DNA of 25,239 bases from the NCBI GenBank assembly GCA_046318155.1, contig JBKCUU010000053.1, positions 1 to 25,239 of the forward strand. The letters run 5' to 3'. A program made the position numbers and the translations under genes. Shown here in pieces: positions 17,536-25,239 of the stretch (its first letter is position 1; every line of letters begins with the position of its first letter). The notes under the pieces are model-generated. The model searched no databases. It was not told the origin of the DNA and was given only the letters and a program-made list of their open reading frames with translations. The DNA comes from Bdellovibrio sp. GTDB lineage: Bacteria > Bdellovibrionota > Bdellovibrionia > Bdellovibrionales > Bdellovibrionaceae.

Positions 17536-17717
17536 GAAAATTCCCCCTGTCATGATACTGCCGTCAAAAAACAAAATGAAACCGCCCCCCGTCTCCTCGC
17601 GTGCGTTCAGGCCACGGTGTCACGGGGGTACTGAGTCTTGAGAAACTCAAAAAGAGTTTCAAGACAATAATTCAGGAGCGAAGCTTCGATTCAACGCAGT
17701 TTCGAACTGCGAGAAGT

Positions 17718-17777
17718 TCACCTCGACCTTGAGCCTAGGCTCTTGATTTTCCTTGAATTCGAGTCGTGTCTGTCCAT
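17718..17777 (-). CDS. Putative 19-aa leader ORF upstream of nrdA (MDRHDSNSRKIKSLGSRSR)
   Basis: GAGGAG 5 nt before ATG 17777; TGA at 17718-17720. Confidence 0.3.
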   Translation of the reverse strand: MDRHDSNSRKIKSLGSRSR

Positions 17778-17813
17778 AACTGCTCCTCAGCTGCTCTTTT
17801 TAGAGCGCGCTTG

Positions 17814-17835
17814 GAACCACTAGATCTAGTGGTTC
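17814..17835. promoter_or_regulatory. NrdR box
   Basis: Perfect 22-bp palindrome GAACCACTAGATCTAGTGGTTC; its 16-bp core CCACTAGATCTAGTGG fits the NrdR consensus acaCwAtATaTwGtg; lies upstream of nrdAB. Confidence 0.8.
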
Positions 17836-17879
17836 ACCGAAGAGGCCTCATCAATAAGGCCGATACTCGTCTTGAGACC

Positions 17880-17907
17880 ACGGTAACCGTTTTTTTTGGC
17901 CAGTCAA
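17880..17907 (-). promoter_or_regulatory. Putative sigma-70 promoter for nrdAB
   Basis: Minus strand TTGACT-N16-TACCGT with an A/T-tract (UP-element-like) region upstream. Confidence 0.5.
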
Positions 17908-18119
17908 AGCAAATGCAAAAAAATTTTTTTAAAATCGTGCGTCAGTGCTTAAGTCTTGGGCAAATATTTAGAAGCAGAATGAAATTTCTTGACACTTTTT
18001 GACTGATGAAATGAAGGGCGCTGGAGGCTATTTTTCGAGCAGAGCGGGTGAAGCTCCACCGCGAACCGCGGTCAAAGCCACTCCGGAGTGGTTGCAAGCT
18101 TTGACAGTCTGTCAGGAAC

Positions 18120-19169
18120 TTAAAACGTGCTCACGAAAGAGGATTGAGCCGAGGATTCAGCAGAGAGTTCGAGGTCGGGGATCGGCGTGCCGCGCGTGAG
18201 CATGAGTTCCTGCGACAACTTCTCGTCGTCATTGCGTGGAGTGAAGCTCTTGCCTTGGTAGCTTTCATGCGTGCGCAGGTAGTCGATCAAGCCTTGATGT
18301 GTTCGCATTTTGTTGGCGGTCCATGCAGGCGCTACCAGCTCGTCCCAGCGAGACGAGTAGGCGGCGAGCCGGTGAATCGCCAAGCGTGGCGACAAGTGTT
18401 CAAGAAACAGCCTGACTCGCTCGGCATAGGGTTCAAATTCGATGGGCCGAAACTCCCCGCGGGCATGAATGAGTTCAAGCTCGGTGTTTTTCAAGACGTG
18501 GAGATTATGAAGTTTGATATTGGTAATTGGCAGATCGTTGCAAATTTTGGCGGTCTCGATCACTTGCTCATCCGTTTCGCCGGTATTGCCAAACATCAAG
18601 TGAATGCCCAGATCGACGGTCGTCTCGCGGCTAATCCAATCGATCGCCTTGAAGGTTTGTTCACGCGTGTGACCGCGCCTCATGAACCCAAGTTGATCGT
18701 TAAAGAAACTTTGCACGCCCAGCTCGACCGAAACAAAAGATCTTTCGTGGTACTCTTGCCAGAACGAGAGCACCGATTTTGACAGGCAGTCAGGACGGGT
18801 GCCTAAGACCACACCCTTAACGAAAGGGAACGAGAGTGCCATGTCAAAATTTGCTCGGAGCGCATCAATTTTGGTGAACGTATTTGTGTAGGCCTGAAAG
18901 TAAACCAAGAACTGCTCGGCTTTAAACTTGCGGGCCTGAACTTCGTGGTACTTTTCGATTTGTTGTTTCAAAGGCATCAAGATTGAATCCGCGTGCGCAG
19001 CAGATCCCCAGACATCACAAAAAACGCAAGTCTTCATCCCTTTCAGGCCACGGCGGTTGGGGCAATCATCAACGACCGCGACGGGAATCTTGTAGACCTT
19101 GCCGCCCAGCTTCTCGCGATAAAATTCAGAGATGGGACGATACGGAAGCCCCCGCCAGCCTTTTTCCAT
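18120..19169 (-). CDS. TIGR01212 family radical SAM protein (YhcC/YtqA-MnmL-like), 349 aa
   Basis: Start reassigned to MEKGW at 19169 (GAGGAG RBS); CPNR-x8-CVFC (Cx11Cx2C), YFQAYTNT, GTRPDC, VELGVQS, RRGH, IKLHNLHVLKNT. Confidence 0.93.
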   Translation of the reverse strand: MEKGWRGLPYRPISEFYREKLGGKVYKIPVAVVDDCPNRRGLKGMKTCVFCDVWGSAAHADSILMPLKQQIEKYHEVQARKFKAEQFLVYFQAYTNTFTKIDALRANFDMALSFPFVKGVVLGTRPDCLSKSVLSFWQEYHERSFVSVELGVQSFFNDQLGFMRRGHTREQTFKAIDWISRETTVDLGIHLMFGNTGETDEQVIETAKICNDLPITNIKLHNLHVLKNTELELIHARGEFRPIEFEPYAERVRLFLEHLSPRLAIHRLAAYSSRWDELVAPAWTANKMRTHQGLIDYLRTHESYQGKSFTPRNDDEKLSQELMLTRGTPIPDLELSAESSAQSSFVSTF

Positions 19170-19235
19170 GAGACTCTCCTCTCGCAAGCAGCCAAGGGTT
19201 GTCAAGGATCCCTCCACTGAGGCACAAAAGAGTCC

Positions 19236-19979
19236 GTGCCATTCAAATCTTGGAGCCAAGCTCATTATGAACTGATCTCGACACGAGATCAGAGTCCGAG
19301 CCTCAGAAAAGGCGGGAACGGCGAAGTCATGCATCACAGTGGGGGAGCATGGGCCGAGACGCGTGAGGTGTATGGCCGCGTGATTCAGCCCACCTTTGAC
19401 CTGCTTCCCGAGTCGCCGCCTCGCTTTCTTTCGCTTGGTCTGGGCCTTGGTTACATCGAGTGTCTGATCGCAGTGACGGCTCTTCAGCAATCATCTTTGA
19501 ATTGGAAATGCGTCAGCTACGAGCTCGACCCGTTCCTGCGAAACGCCTTTCGGGCCTTTATCGAGGGCTCGCTTAACCAAGGTGAAGTGGCCAGGACTTA
19601 TCAGAGAATATTTGAACTCAGCGGCGAAGATCCCGAAAGGCTGAGGCTGCATTTGCAGCAAGCCCTGCAAAGCGGACGCTGGGTGATCGAAGGTCCCCTT
19701 CGTGTCGGTATGCTCCCGCCGTTTTTAGTGAACACCTATTTATGGGATGCGTTCTCTCAAGAGACGTCGCCTGAACTTTGGCAGGAAGATTTCTTGAATC
19801 AGTTTTTACGGCAATCCTCGGACCCGAGTGAATGGTGCCGTCTTTCAAGTTACGCCTGTGTTGGGCCACTGAAGCGAGCGCTCAAGGCGCAAAAATTTTT
19901 GGTGCAAACGCCGCCGGGGTTTCATGGAAAGCGAAACTCCACGATGGCGACTCGTGCGGGTCCAACGACTCAGCCATGA
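19236..19979 (+). CDS. mnmD: Stand-alone MnmC-type tRNA nm5s2U34 methyltransferase (MnmD/MnmC2-like)
   Basis: TRDQSPSL..GEVMHHSGGAWAE, LSLGLGLGY, SYELD, WDAFS..SPELW, SYACVG.LKRAL, PGFHGKR; no FAD oxidase domain. Confidence 0.8.
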   Translation: MPFKSWSQAHYELISTRDQSPSLRKGGNGEVMHHSGGAWAETREVYGRVIQPTFDLLPESPPRFLSLGLGLGYIECLIAVTALQQSSLNWKCVSYELDPFLRNAFRAFIEGSLNQGEVARTYQRIFELSGEDPERLRLHLQQALQSGRWVIEGPLRVGMLPPFLVNTYLWDAFSQETSPELWQEDFLNQFLRQSSDPSEWCRLSSYACVGPLKRALKAQKFLVQTPPGFHGKRNSTMATRAGPTTQP

Positions 19980-20671
19980 GAAATCGACTTTGTCTCGAGA
20001 AATTTTTTGATGTATTCAATAATCGCACTTTTCGATTCAGTTTGAGGCCCGATAAACTTCATCCCCGCGTACCCATCTTGGCCCACGAAGACCACTTCGG
20101 CCGTTGCGTGCAAAGGCGTAAAGAGGTTGGGGCTCTTAAGAACGACCTTCAGCTTTTCACCGATTTTAACATGGGAAGATTCTGTCATACCCAGACCACC
20201 CTCGCTGATAGATAGGGCGCGGGCCACAAAAGAGCCTGTGGCGCCTTCACACAGGACTTGTCCTGCGATGGGGACTCGGGGGTGCGCCCTGCGTCCGACA
20301 CCAAGCTCATCCATCACCTTATGAATTTGGTAAACTTCGCGCCATTCGCTATAGCCTTCGGTCCAAATCAAGGTGTCCTTGTAATCGGCTTTGCCTTGCA
20401 ATGTTTCGATCATCATTTCGTAAGTCATGGGCTTAAGCTCTTGGTCGCCAAGACGGATGCGCCACAGGCGCTCAGGATTTTTTGTGCGGCTGGCCGAGGT
20501 CTCTTGTTCAATCAGAACCTTCAGCCATTTTTCGGGCGGCACCCACTCGGCTTGACCGCGGCCCCAAACAAGGGGCGAAACCAATCGTGGCAATTCGGTC
20601 TCGAGGGATTCACGGTTGAACGGACCCCGAATTTTTCCTTCTGACATTACAAACCACTGTTGGTTGAACAT
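19970..20671 (-). CDS. Tandem GYF_2 (DUF4339)-like domains plus C-terminal PilZ domain
   Basis: Start MFNQQW at 20671 (GAGGTG RBS); WFV...RGPF..LVWGRGQAEWV and WRI...KPM..IWTEGYSEWR repeats; PilZ RAHPR and SISEGG. Confidence 0.85.
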   Translation of the reverse strand: MFNQQWFVMSEGKIRGPFNRESLETELPRLVSPLVWGRGQAEWVPPEKWLKVLIEQETSASRTKNPERLWRIRLGDQELKPMTYEMMIETLQGKADYKDTLIWTEGYSEWREVYQIHKVMDELGVGRRAHPRVPIAGQVLCEGATGSFVARALSISEGGLGMTESSHVKIGEKLKVVLKSPNLFTPLHATAEVVFVGQDGYAGMKFIGPQTESKSAIIEYIKKFLETKSISHG

Positions 20672-20745
20672 GGCACACCTCACCTTGTCTGATGGTGACA
20701 GGACCACTAGATTCTGTCCATCTCAAACAAGGTGTGAATTCATAT

Positions 20746-21336
20746 ATGAAACAAATTCTGGTCGGAACAAACCGTCGAAAATCACGCAGCAAACAGATCG
20801 CTTTGATCATTCAAAAAATTTATCAGGATCTTGGTGAGGAAACCGAGATCATGGATCTCGCCGATCTTCCGCTGCACGAACTCACGGGTGAGCAGTATGG
20901 TCAAACTTTAGGGACAGACGTCGGCATCGCCATTGAAAAAATAAATCGAGCATCGGGTGTGGTCTTTATCGTCCCGGAGTACAACGGCTCATTTCCAGGT
21001 GCGCTCAAATATTTTATCGATCATTGGAAATACCCCGAATCCTTTGAGCAGCGACCCGTGTGCCTGATTGGCCTGGGCGGATTGTTTGGTGGATTGCGTC
21101 CGGTTGAACATTTGCAGCAGGTCCTCGGGTACCGAAACTCGTTTGTCTTTCCCCAGCGCGTCTTTCTGCAAAACATTTTTACGAATCTTAAAGATGGTGA
21201 GATCAAGGACCCACTTTTGCAAAATCTTTTGGTGAAGCAGGCCCAAGACTTCCAAAAGTTTGTTCTGGCGCTTGAGGCGGTGGGGCTTGACGCCAACTCG
21301 ATGAGTAAACTGAGGCCGCCGCCAAAAGGGCCCTAG
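20746..21336 (+). CDS. NADPH-dependent FMN reductase (flavodoxin-like)
   Basis: Start MKQILVGTNR at 20746; GTNRRKSRS phosphate loop, PEYNGSFPGALKYFID, GGLRPVEHL. Confidence 0.93.
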   Translation: MKQILVGTNRRKSRSKQIALIIQKIYQDLGEETEIMDLADLPLHELTGEQYGQTLGTDVGIAIEKINRASGVVFIVPEYNGSFPGALKYFIDHWKYPESFEQRPVCLIGLGGLFGGLRPVEHLQQVLGYRNSFVFPQRVFLQNIFTNLKDGEIKDPLLQNLLVKQAQDFQKFVLALEAVGLDANSMSKLRPPPKGP

Positions 21337-21350
21337 ATCAAATTTTGGGT

Positions 21351-22064
21351 TTAGCGCGAGGATTTTTCGAGAAGTTCGGTCAGAGCTTTTTGATCTGTCT
21401 CTGACGGAGAAGGGTTGCGTCCATGGAGGGCGCCCAGAGCTTGTCCGGCCCTGCGGCTGAGCAGAGCATCTGGAGATTCCTTTTGAATACGCCTTAGTTT
21501 CGAGGGATCCCGCGAGGCGAGCGAGTGGTCAATCAGACCCTCTAACGCCAAAAGCTGGAATGTACTTTTCTCGGTGGTCTCATTCGAAGGTCCTCGTAAA
21601 ATATAATCCAGTAAAATTTGCGCCGACTCAGGGTCCAGTGGACGTCGACCTAAAAGATCCAGCGAAAGAGCGATTTCATCACCGCTGTGCCCGCCCTCAA
21701 AAATCAACTGTCTGAGATCGGTGATGTCCTGAGAACTGAGCCTTTGCGCCCACTGATTCAGATCTTGCTCCACTTGTTTAGGATCATTTGTCGTCATGCC
21801 GATTTTTTCGGACTCTTGCATGATTCGTTCAATTAAGCTTAAAGGCCGTTTGCGTGGAGCTGTCAATGCTGCTGAACTTTGTGGTTTCAACAAAGCGGCT
21901 GAGCCCTGAAGACTTGAAGTTGGCTCATCTGGTAGTCCGGCGCTTGAAGGCGTGCCCCATTGAAACTCAAGCTTCCACTGGAGCGCCAGCAGCACGAGGC
22001 AGGTGAGTAAGATCGCACCGAGCCAAGGGCCTAATCTATTTAAGGCGAGCTTTCGCGTCTTCAA
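21351..22064 (-). CDS. Hypothetical N-terminally membrane-anchored helical protein
   Basis: TTG start overlapping the upstream stop (TTGA); TM helix, Pro/Ser linker, Leu-rich helical domain. Confidence 0.7.
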   Translation of the reverse strand: MKTRKLALNRLGPWLGAILLTCLVLLALQWKLEFQWGTPSSAGLPDEPTSSLQGSAALLKPQSSAALTAPRKRPLSLIERIMQESEKIGMTTNDPKQVEQDLNQWAQRLSSQDITDLRQLIFEGGHSGDEIALSLDLLGRRPLDPESAQILLDYILRGPSNETTEKSTFQLLALEGLIDHSLASRDPSKLRRIQKESPDALLSRRAGQALGALHGRNPSPSETDQKALTELLEKSSR

Positions 22065-23422
22065 GGTTTGACCTCAAATGAATCGTACAAGGGAATTGAA
22101 ACCATTTGATCAATGGGTTCGGGGCTTGTGACGGGTATTAGCGAACCGGACTGAACCAGGCTCAGTTCTCCTCGAGCATTCAGCTGGTAAAACCCACCCG
22201 CTGCTTTTGCATAAGCTTTCGCTTCGCGGGGCCAAGTCGCCGCGATTGGGCGGGTCGTTAGTCTCTCGGCATCGATGGCGTACATCTTTTTGTCCTGATC
22301 GACTAAGAAAAAACCGGGTTCGCCTTCAGGCGTCCAGGTGGCAAAATCAAAGGTTTGACCAGGGGGAGTGTTGATCAGGCGATTCCAATTTCCACCGCGA
22401 AAGTTAAAGTTCGTGTACTGATTTTTATCCGATAGAACAAACACGTGGCGTTTGCGACCGATGTCAAACTCTTCAAAGTCGCGAATGTTCTGGCCTTGAA
22501 GGCGGTCTGAATTCAACAATTTAAAATAAGAGAAGTCATCATTAACCGACCAGTCAAAACCTGAGTTTTCAAAAGGATCGAGCACGAAAGCCATCGAACC
22601 TGACAATAAGGTGGCGCCAAAGCTGGAGCGCTTGAGTCGGGCCTGAACCGCGGGGGCTTCTCGGTTGAGCCATTTGTTTTGATCCATCAAATAGGCGCGG
22701 CCTGACTGCCCCAGCAGGATGAGAGCTTCACGCTGCTTGAGTGGCGTTTGATTGAAAAAAATATTCGAGCGGCCCATGGCCATCAGGCGAGCCATTTTTT
22801 TGTAGACGGGGTGAAAGTTCACCCCAGCTGTGGAGACGCGGGCGTAGTACTCCATTTCAATCGCGTGACTGCCGCCGTAACTGTAATCACGGTCGCAACC
22901 CAAAACACTGGTGCCCAAGTAGGGACCTTGATTACAGTTGATATGGTAGTAGCCCTGCGTGTGGCGAGCTTCGTGAACAACGGTGCCGACGCGGCCCAGA
23001 GTCGAGAGCGCCGCCCAGCCATCTTGCATCGTGAAATAGCCGCCCGAGTTGTAGGCCGTGGCGTAAGGGACATCGTTTCCGCGTTCAATTCCGCGTGTCG
23101 CGGATTTCATCCACGAGTAATATTGATCAATCGGAACAAAGCCGCGGATCAAGTTGTTCGCCGGAACAGTTCCAAATTTGCCTTCTTCGAGCAGAATCAG
23201 ATCATTAAAGAGCTTTTTGGTGTCGACGGTGTTTTTGCAAAGTTCCATTCCGCCAAACGAGTTCGTGTTAATGTTGAAGTCGCGCTTGAATTGATCGGCC
23301 TTGGCTTGTGGAACGCAGACAAAGTCGATGTCGTTGACTGGTAATGTGCTGCGAAGATCCGGAGTGGTTTCTTGGGCCATCGCCGATATTGAAAACAGTG
23401 AAGCAAACAAAAACGTGATCAT
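22061..23422 (-). CDS. Secreted putative zinc metalloprotease (HExxHxxGxxH) with beta-rich C-terminal domain
   Basis: RBS GAGGGGG; signal peptide ending AMA; VHEARHTQGYYH motif; two Cys pairs. Confidence 0.75.
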   Translation of the reverse strand: MITFLFASLFSISAMAQETTPDLRSTLPVNDIDFVCVPQAKADQFKRDFNINTNSFGGMELCKNTVDTKKLFNDLILLEEGKFGTVPANNLIRGFVPIDQYYSWMKSATRGIERGNDVPYATAYNSGGYFTMQDGWAALSTLGRVGTVVHEARHTQGYYHINCNQGPYLGTSVLGCDRDYSYGGSHAIEMEYYARVSTAGVNFHPVYKKMARLMAMGRSNIFFNQTPLKQREALILLGQSGRAYLMDQNKWLNREAPAVQARLKRSSFGATLLSGSMAFVLDPFENSGFDWSVNDDFSYFKLLNSDRLQGQNIRDFEEFDIGRKRHVFVLSDKNQYTNFNFRGGNWNRLINTPPGQTFDFATWTPEGEPGFFLVDQDKKMYAIDAERLTTRPIAATWPREAKAYAKAAGGFYQLNARGELSLVQSGSLIPVTSPEPIDQMVSIPLYDSFEVKP

Positions 23423-23512
23423 AATTCCCCCTCTAATCCAGACTTTCGCCGGGACCCCTTACGATCCTGTGGGCGACAGGGGGAAGGCAAGATGAGCGCG
23501 ATGCATTACCGC

Positions 23513-25084
23513 TTATCTCGAGTTCTTGCCTTTAAAGACTTCGATTTTCTCGTTGAGGTAGTTCTGAGCCCGATATTTTTTGACGTCGTTGGCAGATTCT
23601 TTACGCAAATGCATATGCGTGACCCCTTTGTCAGTTAGGCGGTTGCGCTGGGTCCCGTACAAGGTCTTTCCTTGAGGTGTGTAAAGCAGATACTTGTTGT
23701 TCTCGGGCAAGTAAATATAAAGGTCAAATTCAACGGCGGTGTCTTCCTTCAGCTCCGAGATCTCCATCTTGAGCATTTTTTCTGATGCGCTTTCTTCAAG
23801 TTTGGTGGCGGTGTCCTTTGTTGGAAAAAAGGCCATCGCAATTTCGTCACCGTCATGAATCGATTTGCGCAAGAACTCCGCTTGTTCAAGGGCCCAGTCC
23901 TCAAAAGCCACTTCTTCAATTTTCACATTCATCGAGTCTTCTTCTTTGACGATTTCGCCGTGACTTTTTAAAAATGAAAAGAGGCGTTTTTTAATTTGTT
24001 CAATCAAAGTCTGATCGACTTTGCGATTTTTTCCCAGCGCAGCGACGAGGTAGCCCGAAAATTTCTCGGACTCAACAATGATACAAGCGCAATGCGAGGA
24101 CTTCTCGACTTCGGTGTAATCGTCAATGTCATCTCGAACTTTGACGGATTCTTCAAGCGCGGCCTGCGTTCCTTTGAGCATGATCGACTCAAGATCTGCA
24201 TTTTTATTCCCCTCGCCCCTCTTGTACCGAGGCGCGAGCTTTGGCTTTTTCGGAACGTGCTCGGAACCCGTAATCGGGACTTGTTCTTGGCCATTGTCTG
24301 CCTGGGAAGCGTCTGCCTGGGAAGCGTCTGTGCTGAGCGGCACGCTCATGCCCGTGCCTTTTTCAGAGCGACTCCATTCAGAGCCGCCGTCATCAGGAGC
24401 CCCCTGAGGAACCGGCGGTCTTGGATGGCCCCCCTCGCCCTGTTTTGCAGGCCTGCCGGCCGGGCGATCTTGCTCCCCGGGTTGCCCGAGGCCACTGCTT
24501 TTCATGTCGCCCGACTGACCCTTGTCGTCAAAGGTGCCGCCTTCCTGTTGATCATCTTGATCGCTTGAAATCAGTTGATTGAGAGCTGCACGCGCCTGTT
24601 CAAAAGAGTTGTCGGCTTCTTCACTGCCGCCTTCGCCTTTGATATGGACCAAGCCGCCCTGAACGGAGCCCGTGTCGCCACGCGCGATTCGTTGCTTTTT
24701 TTCTTCAGCGACTTTTTCTTCGTCGAGCTTCATCTTCAAGACAATACGTTCGATCGAAGGGCCCGAAACCGGCGGGAAGAGCGAGTACTCAGCGCCCATT
24801 TCCTTGAGCGACGAAATGGCATGCCCGCCTTGAGACTCGGCAAACATAATAATTTTAACAGAAAACGCTTGCGCAAGAAGTTTTGGAAAGATCTTTACTT
24901 TTTTGTTCGGATGATCGGCCGCGATGAAGATAAACTCGGGCTTTTTTTGAATAATATAGGTCAGCGCTTCGGGCAATTTAGTACCACTGCCGACAGTCCA
25001 GCCACGATTAGTCAAGAACGCCTGCGCCTGCTTCAGCGAATCGGGTTTGATCTTGAGAATAAAAATGGAAAAGACATTTGACAC
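23513..25084 (-). CDS. Hypothetical signalling-type protein: atypical receiver-like N-terminus, low-complexity linker, globular C-terminal region
   Basis: 523-aa ORF from GTG; alternating beta/alpha N-terminus (..KKPEFIFIAADHP..GAEYSL.PP); G/Q/D/P-rich middle; C-terminal FDLYIYLPENNKYLLY. Confidence 0.7.
   Translation of the reverse strand: MSNVFSIFILKIKPDSLKQAQAFLTNRGWTVGSGTKLPEALTYIIQKKPEFIFIAADHPNKKVKIFPKLLAQAFSVKIIMFAESQGGHAISSLKEMGAEYSLFPPVSGPSIERIVLKMKLDEEKVAEEKKQRIARGDTGSVQGGLVHIKGEGGSEEADNSFEQARAALNQLISSDQDDQQEGGTFDDKGQSGDMKSSGLGQPGEQDRPAGRPAKQGEGGHPRPPVPQGAPDDGGSEWSRSEKGTGMSVPLSTDASQADASQADNGQEQVPITGSEHVPKKPKLAPRYKRGEGNKNADLESIMLKGTQAALEESVKVRDDIDDYTEVEKSSHCACIIVESEKFSGYLVAALGKNRKVDQTLIEQIKKRLFSFLKSHGEIVKEEDSMNVKIEEVAFEDWALEQAEFLRKSIHDGDEIAMAFFPTKDTATKLEESASEKMLKMEISELKEDTAVEFDLYIYLPENNKYLLYTPQGKTLYGTQRNRLTDKGVTHMHLRKESANDVKKYRAQNYLNEKIEVFKGKNSR
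24296..24330. repeat. 15-bp in-frame tandem duplication (DASQA-DASQA-D)
   Basis: GTCTGCCTGGGAAGC x2 plus GTCTG, within the low-complexity linker. Confidence 0.9.
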
Positions 25085-25125
25085 TGTACCTTGATCTCCG
25101 TCACTGCCTGAATCTTTGTTGTCTA

Positions 25126-25153
25126 ATTTCGGCTAATACTTTTTCAGAGTTCA
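25126..25153 (-). promoter_or_regulatory. Possible sigma-28 promoter
   Basis: Minus strand TGAA-N16-GCCGAAAT, 41 nt upstream of GTG 25084. Confidence 0.4.
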
Positions 25154-25239
25154 ACAGCTGTTCAAGTCGCGTTTCGAGGTTTTCAAGCAAATCATCAAAG
25201 CTCATTTTCTTTGAGCCCGATCTATTTTGAGTATCAACA

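Noticed and set aside
17575..17875. Cobalamin riboswitch, 6S RNA or tmRNA upstream of nrdA
   Set aside because: No AGGGAA/GCCACTG/B12-box elements, no long 6S-type rod and no tRNA-like ends visible by eye; an Rfam scan is needed to exclude them fully.
18003..18009. CTGATGA hammerhead-core-like heptamer
   Set aside because: No stem II followed by GAAA and no flanking stems.
19170..19490. 107-aa N-terminal extension of the radical SAM ORF
   Set aside because: Antisense to the methyltransferase gene; the RBS and homology support a start at 19169.
20692..20745. Head-to-head overlap of the PilZ and FMN reductase ORFs, and an NrdR-like half site CCACTAGAT at 20704
   Set aside because: Both starts move inward (20671 and 20746), removing the overlap; only half of the palindrome is present and no nrd gene is adjacent.
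1..25239. CRISPR arrays, IS/transposases, integrases, prophage, defence systems, tRNA/rRNA
   Set aside because: No spaced direct repeats, no recombinase or transposase motifs, and no cloverleaf or rRNA sequence seen; the remaining long ORF-track entries are antisense shadows of the called genes.

Overview
A ~50% GC bacterial chromosomal window with no mobile element, CRISPR array, tRNA or rRNA that I could recognise. The gene content suggests a predatory Bdellovibrionota-like organism (GYF_2-PilZ protein, xxNC-type lipoprotein signal, sigma-28-like promoters); this assignment is inference. Housekeeping genes: partial yebC, DUF455 ferritin-like protein, RsuA/RluB/E/F pseudouridine synthase, PTPS + SDR, orphan OppA-like protein, acyl-CoA dehydrogenase, M50 protease, scpA-scpB, class Ia nrdA-nrdB with an NrdR box, and an FMN reductase. 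Most interesting observations: (1) a TIGR01212/MnmL-like radical SAM gene head-to-head with a stand-alone MnmC-type (MnmD) methyltransferase, a candidate hybrid mnm5s2U tRNA-modification route; (2) an SdpA-like + HTTM/SdpB-like pair behind scpAB, next to two Cys-rich secreted genes including a twin-CX3C peptide; (3) a secreted HExxHxxGxxH metalloprotease coupled to a membrane-anchored partner; (4) a eukaryote-type (Cx5HGH) PTPS coupled to an SDR; (5) a secreted-protein gene split by one in-frame TGA; (6) a recurring GTCTCA-N3-TGAGAC-like palindrome near promoters, two unannotated RBS-supported micro-ORFs, and a long structured nrdA leader. All family calls come from motif recognition by eye, not database searches.
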